A DNA stretch of 64,000 nt. Origin: Caldilineaceae bacterium (GTDB taxonomy: Bacteria > Chloroflexota > Anaerolineae > Caldilineales > Caldilineaceae). Positions 43,870-52,406 of this stretch are shown here, piece by piece. Position 1 is the first letter of the stretch. Every line of letters starts with the position of its first letter. The translations under genes and the position numbers were made by a program. A model generated the notes under the pieces. That model was not told the origin of the DNA. It ran no database searches and saw only the letters and a list, made by a program, of their open reading frames with translations. The DNA lies in assembly GCA_020634755.1 (NCBI GenBank), contig JACKBC010000035.1, positions 5,146 through 69,145 on the forward strand. Reading direction: 5' to 3'.

Positions 43870-44724
43870 TTATTTAATGAGTTCCAAGCCGTGTTCGCCG
43901 CCGCTCCAGACGCCGCTGCTTGTGGTAAAGAGCGTGAGGGTGGGGCGAGTGTTTTCTAACGGCGACCAGGTCAGTCCATCCGGCGAGGACCAAAGCTGCT
44001 CTTCATTGCTCAAAACCCAGCCGGCAGCATTAGCGGTTAAGGCATCCACGCGTTGCGGTGCGCCTTCCACCTGGGTAAAGGTGTGGCCACCATCCTGCGA
44101 GCGCCACAGACCAATCTCCTCGGTGCCAATCAGCACCAAGCCATCTCTGTGAAAATGGGGTGATACGGCAATGACCTGGCAGACGCCATCAAAACCTTCG
44201 CTGCGCTTCCAGCCCAACCCCGCATTGGGCGACCGGTAGATGCCCTCTTCGCTGCCGGCAAAAACAACTTCGCGGCGCGGCCAAACCTCATCCGGCGCCA
44301 CCGGCGCCCACGCCAGCGTCAACACCGAATAGTCGCGCAGACCAAAGTTGCTGACCCACCAACTGGAGCCGCGGTTGCGCGTGCGCAAAATACCGCCGCC
44401 GGCGCTGCCGGCCAAAATCACGCCGGTTTCCGCCACGCGCGGATCGGGCGCCATGCACACCACCGGTGCATCCACCCCATCCATCCACGAAGCCTGCCAG
44501 TTGTCCCCTGCATCCAAGCTGAAAGCCACGCCGTGGGGCAAACCGCCCACCAGCACGCGATCATCGGCCACACTGCAACAATAAAGTTCTTGCTCCGGCT
44601 GCGGTACGGGGTGCAGCATATCCCCATTGTGTCCGCTCTGGTTTACGGCAAAAAGCCCTTCCGGGCCAGCCGCCCACAGCTGCTGTTCTGTATCAAGTTG
44701 GGAAAGGGAAAGGATAATTGGCAT
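43870..44724 (-). CDS. BNR/Asp-box repeat beta-propeller protein (Ycf48-like / sialidase-like fold)
   Basis: Repeated S.D.G..W-type boxes (RTRNRGSSWW, RSPNAGLGWK, RSQDGGHTFT, SSPDGLTWS). The start is set at ATG 44724; the longer track ORF runs into an M1 repeat. Confidence 0.6.
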   Translation of the reverse strand: MPIILSLSQLDTEQQLWAAGPEGLFAVNQSGHNGDMLHPVPQPEQELYCCSVADDRVLVGGLPHGVAFSLDAGDNWQASWMDGVDAPVVCMAPDPRVAETGVILAGSAGGGILRTRNRGSSWWVSNFGLRDYSVLTLAWAPVAPDEVWPRREVVFAGSEEGIYRSPNAGLGWKRSEGFDGVCQVIAVSPHFHRDGLVLIGTEEIGLWRSQDGGHTFTQVEGAPQRVDALTANAAGWVLSNEEQLWSSPDGLTWSPLENTRPTLTLFTTSSGVWSGGEHGLELIK

Positions 44725-44834
44725 TGGGAATTCTGTTTCAATTGTAGGGCGGGTTTCCGAACCCGCCGTTTGGCTGGTAACAAATAAACAGCTTGCGTCA
44801 GGTGGGGACAAGTTGGAAACTTGTCCTCCATTAT

Positions 44835-44918
44835 CAGTACACCGCAACGCTGCTGGCAATCCAGGCATCGGTCTGGATTAATGAATCCGACTCCATTGCT
44901 CGTCGCTGCCATCTATTG
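44835..44918 (-). repeat. Family M1 element, full-length copy
   Basis: cagtacaccgcaacgctgctggcaatccaggcatcggtctggattaatgaatccg...ctgccatctattg aligns with 10231-10314. Abuts the GroEL-like stop codon (44920-44922). Confidence 0.8.
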
Positions 44919-44919
44919 A

Positions 44920-46551
44920 TTAGGGCTGCATGCTTTGCTTGGGTTCCTTGTGATAGACAATGGCGTCGGTGGTCAGGGCCATCATGGCGCCGCTGGCCGC
45001 TGTGGCCAAGGCGGTCGACACAACGTCCACTACATCTAAAATGCCGCTTTCATAAGCATTGACAATGCGTCCACTGAGTGCATCATATGTATATTCTGCA
45101 CCTGCCGTGCGCACCCGTTCAATAATCACCGGTGGATGATCCATACCGGCATTTTTAACAATTTGAAAGAAGGGGGTGGATATTACCCGCGCCACCAATT
45201 GCATGCCCATAATCTCTTCTTCGGCCGCGCCATTGGCGGCCGCCGTGGCCTCTAGCGCCGGAATGCAGTGCAAAAGACCGGCGCCGCCGCCGGGAATCAC
45301 GCCGCCGCGCTGCGCCGCCGAGAGCACATTGAATGAGCGCTGCGCCTGCTGGAACATCATTTCACGCTCTAGCTTGCTGCTGGTGCCGATTTTTAAGCGA
45401 CCGATGCCGCCCGTCAACGTGCCCAAGCGCTTGACATGCTTTGACCGATCTTCGTCATCCAGCGGCGTATCTTCAATATAAGTGCGTACGTGAGACACTT
45501 CGGCCTGGATGGCATCGCGGGCGTCGCGATTGGCCACAATGACAATGCCCTCATTGGCATATTCAGCCCGCTGGGCGCGGCCCAAATCCTGCGGGCGAGC
45601 AGAGGCGGTGTTGCGATCCATGCTGGGTCCCAACAAAGTGGCGCCGGTCATGGTGCAGAGATCATCCCAAGCCCAGCGCCGCTCGTCACCAATGGTGCTG
45701 AGCTTGACGGCCAGCACATCCAGCTTCTTTTTCTCCTTGGGCGCTTGATGGTTCATCAATAGCATTCCCAGCGCCGCACCGGTGACATCCTGCGCCACAA
45801 TGACCAGCGACTTGGCGCCCACTTTGATGGCGCCTTCCATCAGGGCCAGCGCCTGGTCGGCTTCGGACACTTTGCCGTCCACAACCGCTACGGCGGGCGC
45901 AGTCACCACGGCGCGTTTGCGCTGTGGGTCAGAATAGAAATACATGCTGGAAATCTTAGACTTATAGTGGGCGCCATTGATATATTCGCGCTCCAGATAG
46001 GGCGCCACATATTTTTCCACCATGACAAACGCGTCTGGCCCCAACAGGTAGCTCATTTCGCCCAACATGGCCGACATGTCATTTTCTTTGGTAATTGTGC
46101 GCGCCACAGAGGCAAGCATGTCCTCATCTTCGGCCGGGCGAGCCTGCTGCTTGAGCAGGTCCAGCGTCTGTTTGATGGCGCGGTTGACGCCGCGCTCCAG
46201 CCGCACGGGATTGACGCCCGCTGCAACCAGCCGCAGCCCTTCATTAAAGAACGCCCGTGCCAGAACCGCCGCCGTCGCGCCGCCATCCCCCGCGCGCTGC
46301 GCCACGCGCCAGATGAGATTGCGCATAACCATGGCGCCAATGTCATCTTGGGCAGAACCAATGCTGAGAATGCGACGCACAATGGTGGCGGCGTCATCCA
46401 GCAATTCAACTTTCATGCCCGAATCGCGCTGACTGGCAATGTGGCCACCGGTCGGTCCCAATGTGGGCGCCAGCAGGTCGCCAATACGGTCGATGCCATG
46501 TTTAAAGTGTTTCGAGGTGGTGGGTTGGCCTACAACATGTGGTCGATTCAT
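44920..46551 (-). CDS. Divergent group I chaperonin (GroEL/Cpn60) paralogue
   Basis: 543 aa, collinear with GroEL: TLGPTGGHI, AGDGGATAAVLA, VIPGGGAGL. No adjacent groES and no C-terminal GGM tail. Confidence 0.8.
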   Translation of the reverse strand: MNRPHVVGQPTTSKHFKHGIDRIGDLLAPTLGPTGGHIASQRDSGMKVELLDDAATIVRRILSIGSAQDDIGAMVMRNLIWRVAQRAGDGGATAAVLARAFFNEGLRLVAAGVNPVRLERGVNRAIKQTLDLLKQQARPAEDEDMLASVARTITKENDMSAMLGEMSYLLGPDAFVMVEKYVAPYLEREYINGAHYKSKISSMYFYSDPQRKRAVVTAPAVAVVDGKVSEADQALALMEGAIKVGAKSLVIVAQDVTGAALGMLLMNHQAPKEKKKLDVLAVKLSTIGDERRWAWDDLCTMTGATLLGPSMDRNTASARPQDLGRAQRAEYANEGIVIVANRDARDAIQAEVSHVRTYIEDTPLDDEDRSKHVKRLGTLTGGIGRLKIGTSSKLEREMMFQQAQRSFNVLSAAQRGGVIPGGGAGLLHCIPALEATAAANGAAEEEIMGMQLVARVISTPFFQIVKNAGMDHPPVIIERVRTAGAEYTYDALSGRIVNAYESGILDVVDVVSTALATAASGAMMALTTDAIVYHKEPKQSMQP

Positions 46552-46832
46552 GATCTCGTTGTTTTATCCAATCGGGTCAAGGTATTTGGTCAGGGCGTTG
46601 GTACTGCAACTGAGATTGCTTTGAAAACGCGAACGCCATCTCCCCAAAGTGATGAGATACCGCGCGGTTTCAAACAGGGCTCGCTACAAGAGCTCAATAC
46701 AATTGAACGTGCTCAAGGCATGGGGGGCGCTAGCGGTCTTGATTTCTTAGCCAATCCGAGTAGTCTATCCGCAGTAGTTTACCCGAAGTGTTGGGATTGG
46801 ATCAAATTTTCGGTGGAAAATAAATTTGCATC

Positions 46833-48002
46833 TCACAAAGAGCTGCCAAATTCATGAATGCGGCGACAGGCTTCCTGTATATCGGCATCTGGCGCGGTGA
46901 GGCTAATGCGCAAAAAGCCAGAGAGCGTGGAACCAAATGCCTGGCCCGGCAGCAACGCCACGCCCGTCTTGTCCAACAGCAGATGACCAAATTCGTAGCC
47001 GCTCATGCCGGTTTGGCGCACATCCAGCAGCACGTAGATGCCGCCTTCGGGCGCGCGGCAGGTAATGGGGCCGGCGTCTGTCAACGTTTGACAAACCAGC
47101 GCGCGCCGCGCGCCATATTGCTGACGCATGGCTTCGGCTTCGGCAACCTCATGGCTCAGCGCATAGAGCGCGGCATCCTGAATAAAAGGTGGGGCGCCAA
47201 AGAGCATACAGGCCAACAACCGACCAACGTGGGCAATGAACGGCTCTGGCCCAATGACCCAACCCAAGCGCCAGCCGGTCATGGCGTGGGACTTGGAGAG
47301 GCTAGAGATCACAACGGCGCGGTCGGCCAGCTCAGGCAGATTGGCTGGGCTGAGATGGGGGCGGTCATAGGCAAAGTGGCTGTAAACCTCATCGGTGATC
47401 AGCCAGAGATCGTGGCGCAGGCAGATGTCGGCCAGCGCTTCCACCTCATCCGGCCCCAACATGGCGCCGGTGGGGTTGTGCGGCGTGTTGACCAGAATGG
47501 CGCGCGTGCGCGGGGTGACCGCCGCCGCCAGCGCATCGGGGTCCAAGTGAAAGCCAGAGGCCGGCGACAGGTTGACAAAAACGGGGGTGGCGCCGGTCGC
47601 GCCGACCACCGGTTCATAGGTGCTATAGACCGGCTCTGGAATAATGACTTCATCCCCTGGCTGCAGGACCGTCATGGCCGCGGTATAAAGTCCACACTGG
47701 GCGCCGGGCACCACGGCCACATTGGCGGCAGTGATCGGTTGGCCGCCGGTTTGGGCATGATGTGCTGCAATGGCCGCCCGCAGTTCGGGCTCGCCTTCGG
47801 CGCGTGTGTAGTGCGTGCGTCCGCTGCGGATGCTTTCAAAGGCAGCGTTGACAATGGATGGCGGCGTCTCGAAATCGGGATCGCCAATGGTGAGCATCAA
47901 CACGTCGGCGCCCTCGGCCTTCATTTGCCGCGCCCGCATGTGAACGTCCCACGATTTGTAGCCCGAACCTTCGAGCCGTTGAACTGTATTTGAAAATCGC
48001 AT
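46833..48002 (-). CDS. Class I/II PLP-dependent aminotransferase (aspartate/aromatic aminotransferase-like)
   Basis: 389 aa. NPTG, and SLSKSHAMTGWRLGW (PLP-lysine motif). Confidence 0.85.
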   Translation of the reverse strand: MRFSNTVQRLEGSGYKSWDVHMRARQMKAEGADVLMLTIGDPDFETPPSIVNAAFESIRSGRTHYTRAEGEPELRAAIAAHHAQTGGQPITAANVAVVPGAQCGLYTAAMTVLQPGDEVIIPEPVYSTYEPVVGATGATPVFVNLSPASGFHLDPDALAAAVTPRTRAILVNTPHNPTGAMLGPDEVEALADICLRHDLWLITDEVYSHFAYDRPHLSPANLPELADRAVVISSLSKSHAMTGWRLGWVIGPEPFIAHVGRLLACMLFGAPPFIQDAALYALSHEVAEAEAMRQQYGARRALVCQTLTDAGPITCRAPEGGIYVLLDVRQTGMSGYEFGHLLLDKTGVALLPGQAFGSTLSGFLRISLTAPDADIQEACRRIHEFGSSL

Positions 48003-48027
48003 AGTTTTCCCGTGCTTATCACATTAT

Positions 48028-48111
48028 CAGTAGATCGCAAGAGCAGGCGATAGGGCCGGATTCACCAATCGAGACCGACGCCTGTATCGCCAACACCGTT
48101 GCGGTGTATTG
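48028..48111 (+). repeat. Family M1 element, reference full-length copy (84 bp)
   Basis: cagtagatcgcaagagcaggcgatagggccggattcaccaatcgagaccgacgcctgtatcgccaacaccgttgcggtgtattg. The termini can pair over ~13 bp. ATTAT lies on both flanks. Confidence 0.85.
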
Positions 48112-48148
48112 ATTATGAAGAGGCCAAAGCTGCGCATGGCAGGTACAG

Positions 48149-48442
48149 TTACAAGGTGATTTCGTCTATCTGGCGGGCAAGTTCTACATCCAACGCGCTG
48201 ATGGCATTGCCGGCAGCGTGGGTAACCAGATCGATAGAGACCTGCCCATAGACGTTGCTCCACTCTGGATGATGATCCATACGTTCGGCCAGAATGGCCA
48301 CCTGGGTGATAAAGCCGAACGCTTGCACAAAATTCTTGAACTTAAAGTCGCGGTGCAGCTTGCCATTGACGACCCGCCATTTGGGCAGGTCCGCCAATGC
48401 TACCGCGATTTCTGGCGCGGAAAGCGGGTCGCGTTTGGGCAC
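48149..48442 (-). CDS. 4a-hydroxytetrahydrobiopterin (pterin-4a-carbinolamine) dehydratase
   Basis: FKNFVQAFGF...ERMDHHPEW.NVY..V...L.TH is the PCD signature. GTG 48442 is preceded by AAGGAGA with a 6-nt spacer and is preferred over the track's upstream ATG 48514. Confidence 0.8.
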   Translation of the reverse strand: MPKRDPLSAPEIAVALADLPKWRVVNGKLHRDFKFKNFVQAFGFITQVAILAERMDHHPEWSNVYGQVSIDLVTHAAGNAISALDVELARQIDEITL

Positions 48443-48523
48443 ACTATTTCTCCTTAACCCCCACGTGATCTTGAACCAATTTTTCTTCTGGCGCTTCCAC
48501 GGGTATACTCGCAATGCTGAACT

Positions 48524-48634
48524 GAGTATCTCACGTTACGCAGCGAAAGCTACTCTGCTAGAGAGAAACAGGAACGGCGGCGAGCCGACTTTCCGCTAGG
48601 CTTGTGTAACATACGTGAGTATAACGTGATACTC
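48524..48634. repeat. ~100-bp MITE/REP-like element, family M2
   Basis: gagtatctcacgttacgc...gctagagagaaacaggaacggcggcgagccgactttccgctaggcttgtgtaacatacgtgagtataacgtgatactc. Terminal inverted repeats. About 88% identical by eye to 60870-60966. Confidence 0.85.
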
Positions 48635-48708
48635 TTTACCTGGACAAACCTGAAGGGTGCAGGGATGGAGGATCAATAACCAGAAATGGGAGCAAACTGA
48701 GTACTTCT

Positions 48709-49944
48709 ATGTCACTATCTAAAACAACGGCGGCATCTGAAACAGCGGTGGCGCTACCCGCACCTGCGGTGGCCAATCGTCATCTGGCTATTACGGCCGT
48801 CTATTTTGCTGTGTTTGTCGCGCTGGGGTTGACCAGCGCCTCCTTGGGGCCAACGCTATTGGGGCTGGCTGAACGCACAGGCTCCGCGTTGGGCCAGATT
48901 GGTTTTCTCTTTACGGCGCGTTCTTTGGGCTATCTGTTCGGTTCGCTGTTGGGCGGTCGCATGTATGACCGCATGGCGGGGAATCTGGTAATGGGTGGCA
49001 TGTTGCTGGGCGTGGCGTGTATGCTGGCGATGATTCCGTTCTCTACGCTGCTGTGGATGTTAACCATTGTATTGTTGGTCATTGGGCTGTGCGAAGGCAT
49101 GGTGGATGTGGGTGGCAATACAATGCTGGTCTGGATCTACCAGGAAAAGGTGGGGCCGTATATGAACGGAATGCACTTTTTCTTTGGCGTGGGCGCACTG
49201 CTCTCGCCATTGGTGGTGGTGCTGGTGGCGCAATTGGGGGGCGCCACAACGGCGGGCGCCGGCATTCCTTGGACCTATTGGACACTGGCGATTTTGGTGG
49301 CGCCGGTAGCGTTGAGCGTAATGCGCTTGCCCAGCCCGGTGGCGCCTCATGCGGCGGAAGGCAGCGCCACGGCTCGTGCGGACAATCGGCTGGTCTTTCT
49401 ATTGGCGCTCATTTTCTTTCTCGTTGTGGGGGCAGAAGTAGGCATTGCAGGCTGGATTCACACCTATGCGTTTGAAACGGGTGTGGCCAGCATCGCCACA
49501 GCCGCCTACCTGACTTCCGCCTTCTGGGGCGCGCTCACCGTGGGGCGGCTGCTCTCCATTCCGTTGGCCATGCGTTTGCGACCGCGCTTTATTCTGTTGA
49601 GCGACATTTTGGGATGCATTGCAAGCATCTGTGTGATCATCATTTGGCCGACGGCGGCCTGGGCAGTGTGGGTGGGGGCGCTCGGCTCTGGGCTGGCCAT
49701 GGCTTCCTTTTTCCCGACTGTGCTTTCTTTTGCCGAACGGCGCATGACCATTACAGGGCGCGTTACAAGCTGGTTTTTCGTGGGCAGCAGTATTGGCGGC
49801 ATGACGTTGCCCTGGTTTATGGGGCACATTTTTGAAACGCAGGGACCACGCGCTATGATGTCTATCGTGCTGGCGGCGCTTGTGCTCTCGCTGATCGTCT
49901 ACTTTGTGATTGTGGCATGGACGGAAAAACGTGAAAGTGCATAA
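48709..49944 (+). CDS. MFS transporter
   Basis: 411 aa. 12 hydrophobic helices. GGRMYDR loop motif. Confidence 0.8.
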   Translation: MSLSKTTAASETAVALPAPAVANRHLAITAVYFAVFVALGLTSASLGPTLLGLAERTGSALGQIGFLFTARSLGYLFGSLLGGRMYDRMAGNLVMGGMLLGVACMLAMIPFSTLLWMLTIVLLVIGLCEGMVDVGGNTMLVWIYQEKVGPYMNGMHFFFGVGALLSPLVVVLVAQLGGATTAGAGIPWTYWTLAILVAPVALSVMRLPSPVAPHAAEGSATARADNRLVFLLALIFFLVVGAEVGIAGWIHTYAFETGVASIATAAYLTSAFWGALTVGRLLSIPLAMRLRPRFILLSDILGCIASICVIIIWPTAAWAVWVGALGSGLAMASFFPTVLSFAERRMTITGRVTSWFFVGSSIGGMTLPWFMGHIFETQGPRAMMSIVLAALVLSLIVYFVIVAWTEKRESA

Positions 49945-51059
49945 TGAACATTGCCCCTTTTGAAACCGAACACTTTTACGCCCAATACGAATTCAACACG
50001 CCCTATCAGCTCTGCAACTCTGATTGTGAAACGGTGACCATTGGCGCGCTGTTGGAGATGGCCGATATGTCGTTGGAACAGTTTGGCCTGCAAGCGTTGG
50101 GCTACACCGAGTCACAGGGCAATCCTCATCTGCGCGAATCAATTGCCGCAATGTATCAACATGTGCAGCCTGAAGATGTTGTGGTTTTGGGGACACCAAT
50201 AGAAGGCATCTATTTGACGGCGCGGGCGCTATTGGAGCCGGGAGATGAAGTGATTGTGCTGTCGCCTGCCTACGATGCGCTGATCAATATGTTTGCGCAT
50301 GTGGTGGGTCCATCCAACGTGAAGAAGTGGCGCTTTCAGCCCCAGCCCTCTGCTTGGACGCTAGAGCTTGACGATCTGCGCCGCTTGCTTTCGCCACGCA
50401 CCAAAATGGTGGTGGTCAACTTTCCGCATAACCCCACTGGGTATTTGCCCACGCCGCAAATGCAGCGCGCCCTAGCTGAAATTGTAGAGGCGCACAACCT
50501 GTGGCTCTTTTGTGATGAAATGTACTTCGGGTTGGTTCACTCGGGCACGCCGCCCATCCCGTCGGCTGCGGATGTGAGCAAACGGGCCATTGTACTTTCA
50601 GGACTATCCAAAACGTATGGCCTGCCTGGGCTGCGCAGCGGTTGGCTGATCGTTCAGGACAAAGCCACGCGCGACCGCTTGATGAACTGGAAGTTTTACA
50701 CCAGCATCTGTCCTCCCGCCCCCACTGAATTCCTGGCCGTGGCCGCATTGCGCGTGTGGCGAGAGTTGCGCGATAAAAACATTGCCCAAATTGAACAGAA
50801 TTTAGCCCTGGCCGAGGTGTTCTTTCAGCGCTGGCCAGCGCTCTTTACCTGGCGGCGTCCGCTGGCCGGTTCTACAGCGTTGGTGGGCTATCATGTGCCA
50901 TCGGTCAGCGCCGTGGCTGCTCAACTGGCCGCTGAAGCCGGCGTGCTGATTCATCCGGCCACGACGCTAGATAGCGACGATCGACACATGCGCATGGGCT
51001 TTGGCCGCGCTGGTTTTGGCAAAGCGCTGCGCCGATTTGAGGCATGGTTGGGCAGATAA
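49944..51059 (+). CDS. Class I/II PLP-dependent aminotransferase
   Basis: 371 aa. NFPHNPTG, and LSGLSKTYGLPGLRSGW (PLP-lysine motif). The start overlaps the upstream stop (TAATG). Confidence 0.8.
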   Translation: MNIAPFETEHFYAQYEFNTPYQLCNSDCETVTIGALLEMADMSLEQFGLQALGYTESQGNPHLRESIAAMYQHVQPEDVVVLGTPIEGIYLTARALLEPGDEVIVLSPAYDALINMFAHVVGPSNVKKWRFQPQPSAWTLELDDLRRLLSPRTKMVVVNFPHNPTGYLPTPQMQRALAEIVEAHNLWLFCDEMYFGLVHSGTPPIPSAADVSKRAIVLSGLSKTYGLPGLRSGWLIVQDKATRDRLMNWKFYTSICPPAPTEFLAVAALRVWRELRDKNIAQIEQNLALAEVFFQRWPALFTWRRPLAGSTALVGYHVPSVSAVAAQLAAEAGVLIHPATTLDSDDRHMRMGFGRAGFGKALRRFEAWLGR

Positions 51060-51102
51060 AAGGGTGAGGGGGAGTAGGTGAGTGCCTCTCCTCCCCCTTG
51101 GT

Positions 51103-51134
51103 CCCCCTCCTCTCCAAATTTGGGGAGGAGGGGG
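51103..51134. terminator. GC-rich hairpin at convergent gene ends (ccccctcctctcc-aaattt-ggggaggaggggg)
   Basis: 13-bp stem with 1 mismatch. Same ccctcctctcc core as 7103-7130. Confidence 0.55.
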
Positions 51135-51200
51135 AAGTGAGTATGCCAGTGCGGAAAGGGGAGGTGAGACTTCTGCCGCGCACTAGTTGAATGGTTCCCG

Positions 51201-52388
51201 TTAGTCGAAGAAATCCCCATCGCCTGCCGTCAAATGCTTCTTGGCTTCCTTTACATTAAAGGTAATCCCCAAGCCGGGCGCATCCCACACATCAATGTGG
51301 CTGTTTTTCACAATGGGATCGGGTAACCCCTCCACAATGTCGTACCACCAATCTTCAGCCGTGGGATACTCGAAGGCAATATAATTCTGCGGCAGCGCGG
51401 CCGAAACTTGTACCAAGGCGGCCAGGCCAAGCAGTCCATCCAGCGTGCCGTGTGGCGCCATCATAATACCATGTAAATCTGCATATTCGGCCACCCATTT
51501 GAGTTCAGCAATGCCGCCAATATCCAATGGATCCGGCCCAATAATACTGACCGCACGCGTCTCAATGAGTTCTTTGAAATTCTGGCGCAGATAAATTTGC
51601 TCACCCGTGTGGATAGGTGTTGACGTGGCGCGGGTCACCTCGCGGTAGAGTTCGGCCGAAACGTGAGGCGTATAGTCGCCGGTGATCATATCCTCCAGCC
51701 ACATGACGTTGAGCGGTTCTACCGCTTTGGCAAAGCGGATGGCGTCGGGCACCGTCAGACCCGGGCCGCAATCAAGCGCCAGCCCCACTTCATCCCCCAG
51801 CACATCTTTCATGGCCGCCACACACTCCACCATCAAGTTTAAACCTCGTTCGGTCAACAAGCCATAGTTGGGGTAGCGCATGCCGGTGCGCACTTCGCTG
51901 TAGAAAAAGTCCGGCACTTCGCGCACCATGCCGCTGTGAAAAGCAATGCCCTGCTTAATAATGCTAAAGCCTTCGGGGCGCTCTTTCATTTTGGCCATGT
52001 TCTCGGCATAATCTTGCGGCGTCTGCCCAGCCATGGGAAAGCGAATATTGCCGTTATAGACGCGCACTTTATCGCGAATCTTGCCGCCCAGCAGCTTGTA
52101 AATGGGGACGCCCGCGGCCTTGCCGGCAATGTCCCACAGCGCCACTTCAATGGCGCTAATGGCGCTGCCCCAGGGTTTAAACGCGCCAAAGCGCCGAATC
52201 TTGAGCAAGACGCGCTCCACATCGGTTGGGTCTTCGCCCAAGATGGCGTCGCGATAAAAAAGCACGTTAGACTTGAGATAGGGTTTCGACCGTTCGGCCT
52301 GCCCAAAGCCTTCAATGCCCGCGTCGGTCTTAATGCGCACCACTGGGTATCCACCCAAGATGGTGCATTTGAGATCGGTGATTTTCAT
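51201..52388 (-). CDS. Enolase-superfamily (mandelate racemase / muconate lactonizing enzyme family) acid-sugar dehydratase
   Basis: 395 aa. MKITDLK...GIEGFGQ, AIEVALWDIAGKA, LDCG, WLED, GEQ and PHG motif series. Confidence 0.8.
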   Translation of the reverse strand: MKITDLKCTILGGYPVVRIKTDAGIEGFGQAERSKPYLKSNVLFYRDAILGEDPTDVERVLLKIRRFGAFKPWGSAISAIEVALWDIAGKAAGVPIYKLLGGKIRDKVRVYNGNIRFPMAGQTPQDYAENMAKMKERPEGFSIIKQGIAFHSGMVREVPDFFYSEVRTGMRYPNYGLLTERGLNLMVECVAAMKDVLGDEVGLALDCGPGLTVPDAIRFAKAVEPLNVMWLEDMITGDYTPHVSAELYREVTRATSTPIHTGEQIYLRQNFKELIETRAVSIIGPDPLDIGGIAELKWVAEYADLHGIMMAPHGTLDGLLGLAALVQVSAALPQNYIAFEYPTAEDWWYDIVEGLPDPIVKNSHIDVWDAPGLGITFNVKEAKKHLTAGDGDFFD

Positions 52389-52406
52389 GAGTTTGCCTTT
52401 CGAGTT

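Noticed and set aside
48028-48111. M1 element as a tRNA or tRNA-derived gene, given its ~84 nt length and paired termini.
   Set aside because: There is no D-arm or T-arm consensus (no GTTCGAATC-type T-loop in register), no plausible anticodon arm and no CCA context. Multiple inverted copies abut CDS ends, as a dispersed repeat would.
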